Source of the DNA: Isurus oxyrinchus
Taxonomy: Eukaryota
NCBI GenBank assembly: GCA_026770705.1
Contig: JANJGN010000385.1
Location: 1-64,000 of the forward strand
DNA: 64,000 nt
Direction: 5' to 3'
The notes beneath the pieces are model-generated. The model had not been told where the DNA came from and made no database searches. It worked only from the letters and a program-made list of their open reading frames with translations. Below are positions 20,801 through 32,800 of the stretch, piece after piece; position 1 is the stretch's first letter; each line of letters begins with the position of its first letter. A program made the translations under genes and the position numbers.

Positions 20801-23800
20801 GAGTACAGGGGGGGATAAGGGAACGGGAGTTACTGCTGGTTACGACAGGGGCAGCTGAGTTTTAGATGACCCCAAGTTTACAGAGGGTAGAATGTGCGAG
20901 ACCAGCCAGGAGTGAGTTGGAATAACCGAGCGGGATGAGATGAGATGGAGATTGAGATCTCCGAGGATGGGAATTCAGTCGGTGCAGAGACGGAGGGAGG
21001 AAAGCAGTGAAGATATCCCGGGGCGAAGATGTTTATCATTCCTGGAGTGATCAGCGATAGAGAACGAGAATTTAGAAGGAGAGATGAGAGGGGTGGAACA
21101 CGGTGAGATATTCAAAGGAGCAGAAAGTGCCAGAGGAGGTGGGGGTGGGGGTCAGGCCAAGGTGTGATTTGGTGATAAGCTCCGCACTGTCACCAGGTCA
21201 GTCCTGACGGTGTGAGGGGTGGAAGGTGTAGTGGGGAGGAGACACGTCATTCAGGGGGGAGGTGTCATCACCCCTCAGCTCGGTTTACGTTACAGCTATG
21301 ATGTCAATTCAATCACACACAATAAGCTCATGGATCTGGGAGCAGAAATAGACAAATCATTAAAAATAGTGACGCTGGTTAACACGGCCAAAAAACAAGC
21401 AAATCAAACACTATTATTTCCCATTGAGTGTTGGATGTGAATTGTTGAGTAATTATAACACAGCACTTACCAGAAACGTGAAGCTGGGTTACAGGGTAAT
21501 AGTTATGGCTCGGACCATTGTCAAATTCTATTCTGAAAAAATAAGGTCCTGCATCTTCCCGTGTGATGTTGTTTATAATCAGGGAACAGTCGCCATCTTT
21601 CAGGTCTCCAGACAGCCGGGTCCGATGGTGGAACCGTGGTAAATCGTGACTGTGATCCTTGGAGTGAAAGGCTATAGACAATGTATTCCATTTGTCCCTC
21701 CTCATATTCCAGATTCCGACACGTGTTTTCTCTAACAAATGTGATGGGTAATTGTAATGACATGGAATCTGTACACATGAACCTTCCTGCGCTGTCACCT
21801 CTCGTGGAGTGTTACTTTCCCATTCTTGTGACAGTCCAACTGGGGAGAGAAATATCAATATTTAAATCTGGATAATTTGTAGATCCACTAGACTCGATAT
21901 CCACTCCCTCCATCACTGGGGCACAGTGGCTGCTGTGTGGACCATCTACAGGACACACATGGAACTCCCCAAGGTTTCACAACGGATGGAAGGGAATCCT
22001 GGACACAGGAGTGGACAAGTTCATTCTACATTGGCTCATGGTCCTCAGGACCCTGTTTGTGCACAAGCCTGCTATCCAACAGAACTGAAGTTGGGGAAAA
22101 TCCATTTGGAATTCCACTGTCCAGGGCATTGGGTTAACTTGCTGAGTTTGTTTTAAATCTTACATCTATTTTTGGTCTGTTGCTTTAAAATGAGTGTAAC
22201 TGGGGATCAGGTTAATTAGGAATTCGAGGAGTTATTATAGCAGTCATTGTAGTCTTATGTATGTGCTTGAAACCTTTTATTTTGATGACAAATATTTTAA
22301 TTTATTTTTTTAATTCTCTAATTTTCTTGGTGTAATTAGTGCTTCTGAATTCAGTGCACACATCTCATAATAAATACAAATTGCAAAATCATTATGATAG
22401 TGTGACCACCTTTCTCTCATGGACTTGGTCTGCCTGGCACACATCACCTGCCAAGTGATAACACTGTTGTAATATGCCTTTCAGGGACAGCAGCATGACA
22501 TCACTCGAGGGGAAGTGTGTCATGTGATCTATAGGAACGGCGGTTGGCTTAAGTCAGTTCTATGTGTCTATTTGTGTGTTAGGCATAAGGTCTATCTTTA
22601 AGTTCAAGTTTAGTTTGTATTTTTGTGTTTAGGTGTTTTGAAAAGATAGAATTTGACTTTAAAAGAAGCCAGCATTCCTTTGAGGTTTTATGACTGTTGA
22701 AGGGAAGTCAAAACAAACACAAGGTGTAAGAAACTGTGCTGTTGCCCAGCAACAGTGATCCAGAGGGAAGGACCCACAGAGACAGAGAAAAACAGAAAAG
22801 TACTTTCAGTTCTGTTGAAAGGAGTTGCCAGGAGAAGCAGCAAAGGAGCGGGACAGATAGTCAGTCCCAAAGTAAAGAAGAAGCCAAAACCATCGAGTGG
22901 AACAGGAGAAAGGGCCCAAGAAAACCTTCTAGTCAAATCTGGAAAAGGCCCTGTTAAGTGAAGTTAAGAGTGAGGAGCAGAAGAAGGCTTCAAACATAAA
23001 GGGAGAAAGCAGCAGGACACAGACCTAAAGCAAAATAGGCTTGTGAGAAGCCAGAAGATCCTAGGAGACACCACAGGTTGGTGACTCATTACTACGGCCA
23101 TGTGAAGCCATGGTGTTCCATTGACACGGCTGAGCATTGGAGAGACAGGGCGTGGAAGGAAGGCTGAATGCACCTGGCGATCCAGGGGGCAGGAACATGG
23201 GAAGGAGAGTTTGAAATAGTGAAAGTGGACCCTTGTGGAAGGTATCTGAGTGAAAGTGTCATGTTGGAGAAGATTCCAAAGAAAGCACTTGGCTCTCTTT
23301 GAGATTGGAAACTCTCATGTGAAAGACGCAGTTTCGTTAGACCAGTTGCCTCACGGTGTAACAATTGTCTGGAGTAGGTTGAGGAGGGACCCGGAGCATT
23401 TGTTTCACGTGGGTTCTGTCACTTGGTTTCAGAATGTGGTATCCCTGACCACAGGTCATCTATTGGTTTACATCGACTGTGTACTTAGTGTGAACATGAG
23501 AGTATAAGATAGTTATTGTAATTGTGTTATCCTTATGAATCTGTAAATGTATAGGTCTGGGTGAAGGAGGAATGTAATATAGTTTGTCTTTCCTAGTTTA
23601 ATAAATGTTTTATTCTTTTGTTAGAAGGTCATCAGATGACTTCTGTGACTCTGTTCAGTAGCCGCACTCCACATTCCTAAATAAAAAATAAAAGTTAGGA
23701 CCTATCAAGCTGAGTTCCACCCTGGGATCTGACTTGCCCAGTAGTAACATCAGTTGGGATGATAACACCATTCAGTCCAAGTTTCACTTTGGCCTGTGAG

Positions 23801-26800
23801 CAGAACACAGCTCACACAGTTTGGCTGCAGGTGTCTCCCAGCTTTCTATCCTTGTATATCTGTTCTCATGTCCCTGTTCTAAATAACTGAACCCACAATG
23901 TATTTACCCAATTCCGTATCAGTGGTTGGTGCCTTTATATCATTATAAAAACACAACATGGTGATCAGCGGTGGCCAAACATTCTGGCAGCAAGATTCAG
24001 TACAGGTATGACGTGGTGAACAGCCTTAGATCGAGCTACATGACATGAGACGACCCTCGACGCTTTGGTCAGACCACAACAGAGACACAGCATCAGAGAG
24101 GGTTGAAATTGCAGTGTACTGACTGCTCAGGAAACCTTTGAAGACACAGTGACGGGAAAGAGCTCAAGTAAAGAGCTGGGGAGCAGACGGATCCCTCGTG
24201 GTGAGATTACAGCACACGGCCTGTAGGTCAGTGAGTGGGACAGTGTGTATCGCCAGGACCAGCAGCGGGTTAGCTCAGTCAGGGAAGGCGAGTGACCAGG
24301 GTGTGGGCTGGATCGATAGTGAGCAAGCGAGAGTCAAACACACAAAAACCATTATAAAAATCAGGCCAGAGAAGTTAGTGATTATAACGGGCGGCTTCGA
24401 GATTGCTGAACAGCAAATTGAATAAAAAACAAAGACTCCATTACTCCGTGGTGTGTTCCTGCCACAACCCGTCTTCGTGGGCGGAGCTTCGGAAAAGCAC
24501 ACAAAAGGGGCTAAAGCGACACTCATCCCAGGTCCTGTAGGAGAAGGAAGGTCAAAGGAATATTGTCAGAATGTCCACAAAATTCCCCAGTTTGAACTGG
24601 GATGTAGCTGACCGACTATCTGAATTCAGAATGTTTAAACAGCGTACAGAGCTCTGGTTTCCTGATTCAGGTGTGACTGAACCAGACGAGCCACCCATAA
24701 AAATTCACCTCGTGATTGGGAATGAAGGTCTACACAGGCTGAACACGTCAGGATTAACAGCAGAAGAGTGAAAGGATCCCCAATAGATATGGACGATATT
24801 GGAAGACAGGTTCAGAATCAGGTGAAACTCCATATTCATCAACTAGAGTTTATGTCATTTCATCAGCCTACACAATCCATAGACCACTTTGTCAGCCAAT
24901 GTAGAGAAAAGGGTACGCACTGTGATTTCAAACACAGAGCCTGCAGACAGAGTTGTTGAGTTGGTGATCGCATCCACTCCCATGGAAGCCTTCCAGAAAG
25001 ATCTGCTAGATAAGTCCAAAACCTATAGCATTGAAGAGCTACTCAAGGATGGACATAAATACGAAGTAATCCTCGCAGGTCAACGAAGCTTACAGGTCCT
25101 CAGTACAACATCAATTGTTGACACACTCACTAGAACATCCAAACCTAGTGAGACGTGTGGAAGGTGTGGCCTTCTGCAGGCACCAAGGAAATGCCCAGCT
25201 TTCCACCACTCCTGCAAGGCTTGTGGCAGAAAGGGCCATTGACAGCGGCAGGGCACTAGAGCAAAGGCTGATGCAGCTACAAAGAGCCGTGCGCTGATCC
25301 AAACAGACCCTACACAACTGGGAACCTTCAAGCAATAAGAATGACCATCCACTATCCCATCAGGAACATATACATGTGGTGACAGACAAACCAGGAAATG
25401 GCGATGATGTGCACGGTGAGACGAGGAGCGGTGATCGATATTCCACCTCTCACACATATCCTGACGTGGCTTGCCAATAAATTGTGGATTGTTGTCCTTA
25501 ATGATCTCTCTCAGCACATCAAATAAACTGAAAATGTCCCATAGGGGTGGGATTTTCTGGCCCCACCCACTGCCAGGATTATCCAGTCTGGCCAAAAGCC
25601 AATGGATTTATGTTTGTCCCAGTTTCACATACTACCCCATCACCTCAATTCATGACATAACATTGAAATATGCAGAAAGTTTCAACAATATTGGCAGTTT
25701 CAAAGGAGCTCCAACATTACACCTGCTGGACAATGCAAGTCTGTCAATTGATCTAGTCCATTTAGCACAACACAAATGCCAGCAGCTGCAAGAGGGAACG
25801 GTGAAAGCTTCTACGCTACAGAAACTGAGGAAGCATCATTGAAGGATCTCCTGATTCAACTTGATCTTATTGGGATGAGCAAGGCATCTCCCAGGGAGTC
25901 ATTTTTAAAGGCAGGCAGGGCATCATACTGGAATCTTTGTGATCCGATATTCTTCAACAACTTGGCAGTGGGAAATAGTGGGGACAGCCTGTCAAGGTAA
26001 GAAAATGAGGGGCCCATTGGCAGGTGTCAGTACTGTCCACATGTGTGTCCATCTCAGGCTGTTGGCTGGCCGAGTGCTTACAAGGATTTGAGATCACCTA
26101 CAACATTTTGACTGTGACTCTCAGCACTCCACTGTGCCTGCTCTTGGACAATGTCCTTTACCGCGCATCGAAGGGAGGGCCTGCTGAACCTGCAATGTGA
26201 AAAACTGCCCAGTGGGACAATTCCAACCTGGCCAATCACCACCTTATTAATTTACTCTTCATCATAAGCAAAGTGACAAAGGTGTAATGGACATTAAGAG
26301 GCATTGACTCAACAATAACCTGCTCATCCAGCATGGTGGTAGTGCCACACAACACAATGGAGGGTATCCTCAGTGAAAGGACGGGACTTCATCTCCAAGG
26401 TTTCTGTTCAGGACCAGGGTCCTATGGAATCATTACACACAAAGGATCAGCGGTGAGGCCTAACCGAGGATAAATCAGATCCATTCCCGCTCCTCAATCA
26501 CCGTACAGTCCTGTTGCATGGAGTCATCGGGCTGAATTTTCCCGTTGGCGAGCAGGGGGCAGGGCCTGCTCAGCGACACTATGATGATGCGGGATGACAT
26601 CAGGAGGAACCCCCGACATCATCCTGCCCCATTTAAATATTCAGACCCACCCCCCCCGACAGGCAGGAAATTCAGCCCATAGAGTCATAGATTCACAGGG
26701 GTCCACAGCACAGTAAAAGGCCCTTTGGCCCATCGAATCTGCGTCGGTCAAACAAGTACCTAATTATTCTAATCCCATTAATGCACTGGGCCCAAAGCCT

Positions 26801-29800
26801 TGTATGCGATGGCATCACAAGTGCACATCCAAATACTTCTTAAATGTTATGAGGGTTTCTGCCTCTCCCACCCTTTCAGGCAGTGAGTTCCAGATTCAAT
26901 CTATGCAACATCCTGGTAAATCTCCTCTGCACCCTCTCTAGGGCAATCACATCCTTCCTATAATGTGGGTTCCAGAACTGCACGCAATATTCTAGCTGTG
27001 GCCTAACCAGTGTTCTATACAGTTCCAGCATAACCTCCCTGCTCTTATATTCTATCTCTCGGCTAATAAAGGCAAGTATTCCATATGCCTTCTTAACCAC
27101 CTTATCCACCTGTCCCACTACTTTAAGGGAACGGTGGACATGCACACCAAGGTCCCTCTGATCCTTGTTACTTTCCAGGGTCCTACCATTCATTGTCTAT
27201 TCCTGTGCCTTGTTTATCCTGCCCAAGTGCATCACCTCACACTTATCCAGGTTAAATTCCATTTGGCACTGATCAGTCCATCTGACCAGCCCGTCTATAT
27301 CCCCCTGTAATCTAAGGCTATCCTCTTCATTATTTACCACCCCATCAATTTCCATATCATCCGCGAAGTCACTGATCAACCTTCCTACATTCAAGTTTAG
27401 ACCGTTTATATATACCACAAACAGCAAGGGACCCAACACCGATCCCTGTGGAACCCCACTGGACACAGGCATCCAGTCACAAAAACACCCGTCGACCATC
27501 ACCCTCTACTTCCTGGCACTCAGCCAATTCTGGATCCAATTTGCCAAATTCCCTTGGATCCCATGTGCTCTTACTTTCGTTTACAGTCTCCCATGCTGGA
27601 CCTTATCAAAAGCCTTGCTGATGTCCAAGTTGACTATGTCAAATTCATTGCCCTCATCTACACAATTGGTCACCTCTTCAAAAAATTCAATCAAACTGGT
27701 CAGACATGACCTCCCTTTAACAAAACCATGCTGACTGTCCTTGATTAATCCCTGCCTCTCCAAGTGTAGATTAATTCTGTCCCTCAGAATTGCTTTCAAT
27801 AGTTTCCCCACCACTGAGGTTAGACTGACTGACCTGTTGTTCCCTGGTTTATCCCTTCCTCCCTTCTTGAATAACGCTACCACATTGGCTGTCCTCCAGT
27901 CCTCTGGTACCTCTCCTCTGGCCAGAGATGTATTGAAAATTATTGCCAGCACCCCTGCTATCTCCTCCTTTGCCTCACTCAACAGCCTGAGATACATTTC
28001 ATCCGGGCCTGCAGATATATCTACGTTTGAGACTGCCAGACAACTTAGAACCTCGTTCCTTTCTATTCTAATTTCTTTAACTATATCACAGTCCTTCTGC
28101 CTGATTTCCAAACCCACATTGCCCCTCTCACTTGTGAACACTGACACAAAGTGTTCATTTAGAACCCTACCTACATCTTCCGGTTCCACACACAAACTAC
28201 CAATATGGTCCTTAATGGGCCTTACTCTTTCCCTAGTTATCCTCTTACTCTTAATGTACTTGTAAAATAACTTTGGATTTTCCTTCATTTTTCCTGCTAA
28301 TGTTTCTTCATGGCCCCTTTTTGCTCTACTAATTTTCTTTTTAAGGTCCCCCCTACACATTCTATACTCTTCTAAGGCTTCCACTGTTTTGAGCCTTTGG
28401 TATCTGCCATAAGCCTCCCTTTTTCTCTTTATCCAATCCTGTAAATCTCTCGACATCCAGGATTCCCTGGATTTGTTGGTCCCACCCTTTGCCTTTACTG
28501 GAATATGTTGGCCCTGTACTCTCCCCACTTCCTTCCTGAATGAGTCCCATTGCTCTGACGCAGATTTCCCTAAAGGTAGCTGCTCCCAGTTCCACTCTGG
28601 CCAAATCATATTTGATCTTATTAAAATCAGCCTTCCACCAATTGAGAACTCAGATTTCTGGCCCATCCTTGTTCTTTTCCATAACAACCTAGAATCTAAT
28701 GGAATGATGATCACTATCTGCACAATGCTCCCCCACTGATACGTCTACAACTTGCCTGGTTACATTCCTTAAAATTTACTCCAGGACCGACCCCTCTCTT
28801 GTAGGATTTTCTATGTACTGGCTTAAAAATCTCTCCTGGATGCATTTTAACAATTCTGCCCCCTCTAAAACTATCACACTATGACTAACCCAGTTATTGT
28901 TGGGGAAGGTGAAAAGCCCCACCATTACAACCCGATTATTTTTATACTTCTCTGAATTTTGCCTTTGTATCTGCACTTCTATTTCTCTGAGTGTCATTGG
29001 GCCTGTAGAACACTCCCAGCAAGCTGATTGTTCCTTATTTGTTTTTAGGTTCTACCCATATGGCTTCATTTGAGGAGCCCCCTAAGGTGTCTTCCCTCCT
29101 CACTGCAATAACTGATTCCTTGATCAATCTTGCAATACCCCCTCCTCTTTTACCTCCTTCCCTGTCTTGCCAGAAGACCCTGTATCCTGTAATATTGAGC
29201 GGCCAATCCTGCCCCTCTCTAATCCATGTCTGTGACAGCAATGACATCATACATCCATGTGTTATTTGTGCCCTCAACTCATCTGCTTTATTCGTCAGAC
29301 TCCTTGCATTAAAGTAAATATAATCCAACTTTGCCACGCTATCTTGTGCCTTAACTGGCCAATAATTTCTCTGCCTTCCAGGTTCACTTGCTCTCTCTTC
29401 TAATTTTGGCTGTGCATCTCCCTCTGCTGAACCTCCTCTCTGGATCCCATCCCCTGCCTCCCCAATTGCATCAAGGGTAAAATGCCAATTGAAACCAGGG
29501 ACAACATCCAAGAATGACAATCCCACAGATCACTGTGAGCATTTAAAGACACCTCCAGACAAGGTTACCAACACAAGATCTGGGCGTAAGTGCAGATTAC
29601 CTCTACTCTTTAGACACTCAAATATTCAACAAATCTATACTGTTATGTAATTGTCAATAAAATTGAAAATGATACCAGAAACCTCTTGTTCCCTGTCCTT
29701 CTCAAAGATCCATCCCTGCAGCTGGAGCCTTAAGAGTTATTGATGTGGGTCTTAATTTATCAGATTGTAGAATGATCGGGAACAAAAGGAAGCCATTTGG

Positions 29801-32800
29801 CCCATCGAGCCTGTGCTGGGCTTTTGAAAGATCTGTCCAATTAGTCCCACACTCACCTCTGCTCTCTCCTCCACAGCCCTGCAAAATGTCACCTTCAAGT
29901 ATTTATCCAGTTCCCCTTCTGAAAGTTCCTGTTGAATCTGCTTCCACCGCCCTTTCAGGCAGTGAGTCAATGGTCTCTCTCTGAGCTGCAAAGTGCTCAG
30001 ATTCTGTGAAATTTAAACTCTGCAGCAGGTCAGAGACACTCATGATAACTCAGAATATTTGACAGTTTTACACACGGACAGCTTTACCTTCCTTCTCTCT
30101 TTCAGTTATCTTGCTCCCTTATTGAAGTATCTAGCAAGGTGAGAATGGACAGGAAGTGTGACACTGAACAGCCTGTCTATTCTAGGAGCTGCTGTGTTGT
30201 CTTCATGGGCAATTTTGAATAAAGGCAGCAAAGGACACAAATTTCAGGTCATTGCTATCGGAGACCTCACATTAGGATAGACTTCATCCCCCAGTTTTTA
30301 TCCCTGATTTTCTATTCAGCCGATCGCTGCCCTGTCATTGGCTGACCTACACTAACTCTCAGTCCAGCAATGACTCAAATTTCAAATTCTCATCATTGAT
30401 TTCTTACCCCACCATCCCCCCTCTACACTCTCTATCTGTGTAACCTCCTCCAACCCTAAATCCCTCTGAGATCTCTGCTCTCCTCCAATTCTGCTGTCAG
30501 ACAGGAGGTCAGTGTGTATCAGTAAGCACAGGGGTGATGGGTGAATGGGACTTGGTGTGAGTTTGTACACTGGCTCACTGGCTCAATCGGGCAGGATTGA
30601 GATGGACTCCCCCACGGACTTACACCCCCCGCTTACTAAACAGTTCCAATCTTTACCCAGAGAGAGGGGAGAATGTGGAACTCACTCCCACAGGGAATGG
30701 TTGAGGTGAACAGTATCGATGTATTTAAGGGGCATGAGGGTTGGTAACCAGAGGGACACAGATTGATGAACCGGATGGGGAATTTGTTTTGACAGAGCGA
30801 GTTGTTGTGATCTGGAAGGTGCTGCCTGAAAGGGCGGTGGAAGCAGATCCAATAAGAACTTTCAAAAGGGAAATTGGATAAACACTTGAAGGAGGAAGAT
30901 GGGGGCAAAGTGGAGTGGTGGTTAGTGGATCTGATTGGATAGAACATTGAAAGACCTGGCACAGGCTCAATGGGCTGAATGGCCTCCTCCTGTGCTGTAT
31001 CATTCTCCGCTTCCATGATCTCTCCCCCAGTCAGTAACCACTCCAGATCCCTCTTGAAGGTGACAGAGAGACAGTAACCACCACACCCTCTGACAGCACA
31101 TTCCCGAGGATCACTACTCTCTGGGAAAAGATGAACTCCCCAACATCCAGCCTATTCCTGCTTCCCAGAGAGTGTAAACCCTTCAGGGAGGCACTGAGGG
31201 AGTTTTCAATAAAATGACATCAAATCCACCGTTTGAGAAACAATTGAATTCCGAAGAACTCACAGCTTGTGTAGCAAACTGGGAAGTAGAGTTGCTGGGA
31301 AAGCTGGGAAACACAAGGATTAAGGGCTACAATGCCACCACTGGTGAGAGGCTGTAACTACAGCGTGACGTTTACATAGGCAGTCATCATTATAAACAGG
31401 GGCTTTGGACATACTGGGAATTATGTGCACGGAAATAGTGAGAACATTATGTAAGCTTTTCACCAGCAGGAATTCTCTTCCTAAACCCCTCCAACTCTCT
31501 CTTACTCTCAGATACACAAAGAAAATCACACAGAATCAGATAAGGAGGAGTTGGGTTGGTGATTCGTCAAAGGGTTAGGTTTCAGGAAGCTTCTTAAAGG
31601 GAGAGAGAGAGAGTTGGAGACGCAGAGAGTATCTGTGAGAGCCTCTAAACATCTGAGTGTCTGTAATAGTAATTTCCATATTCTTCCATAAATATGAATG
31701 GGAACACAAATCCCAGAATTCAGGCTAACTCTCCAGTGCAGTAGTGAGGGAGGTCAGGTAACCCATGAGGGAGTGAGTGTTAGTGTTTGTGTGTGAGTGT
31801 GTCTTTGTGTGTGGTCATATATGTGTGTCTGCACGTGTCTATTTAGGTGTGTATGTTCGATGGTGTTTGTGTAGTGTTCGAATCTGAGAGAGATGTTGAA
31901 GTCTGTGTAACTCACGTTCCACAGTAATGGTTATGAACCCCTCCACTGCTCCATGTTCATTCTCTGCCACACACTGATAGTCTCCAGTGTCCCTGGAGGT
32001 AATGTGAGGAATCACCAACCACAGCTCATTGTTGGAACTTGTTCTGTTCATTTGGACATTCAGATGTCATGGCAGGAATCAAGAAGCCCGTTCACAGGAT
32101 TACCAACAGAAAGTGAACAACAATTTATACTTAATGGGAAGAGAGTGCTGATTGGTTGGCAAGTGGTCTCTGATAGGTGGAGGTGTTGCCATGGAGAATG
32201 GTGTGTGCGAGATGTAAAGTTTAGACAGCTTGTCTCTTCATTCAGCAATAATCATATAAAGATCAATTAACTTCTATCGACTTTGAAGCACTTAGAGAGG
32301 CCTTAGAATGTGGATACTGAGAACGGGCTGCACTGTCAGAGGGTCTGCGCTGAGGGAGTGCTGATGTAGAATGAAAGGTGTATGTAATTACCTTGCACAG
32401 TTAGTACGAGGGTCCGCTCCGATGAAACAGATGGATATCTCACTCTGCAGCTGAGAGTGTGTCCATGGTGTTTGAGTGATGGGATCAGGGTCAGAACAGA
32501 AGTATAGGTCAGAGTGACACCATGCTGAGTTACAGTGTTTGAGACGGATCCAGGTACGTCAGTGGGAGTGTCCCAGGTTAAGACAGGTGCTGCTGTTCCA
32601 TTGCACGTTGTGTTGAAGGTGCAGCTTACATCCACACGCTTTCCTGCAATAATTTCAGCAGGGAATATCATGGGTTTATCTGTGAAATCTAACAGACAGA
32701 GAATGGATCCTTTTAGAGAAATATAACGTGAAGCATCAGTTCAAATAGAAACCACAGTCCCACAAGAGAAAGCACTTTTACAAGGATGATATCAGAACTG

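Noticed and set aside
27581-28723. 380-aa ORF as an active reverse transcriptase gene
   Set aside because: Fragment of a frameshifted CR1 ORF2 split over several frames.
30085-30160. Conserved segment ending GAAG|gtaaag (also about 45775-45850 and 63840-63915) as the missing gene 2 leader
   Set aside because: In genes 4 and 6 it lies inside the leader-V intron and encodes no signal peptide; a role as a non-coding alternative first exon is not excluded.
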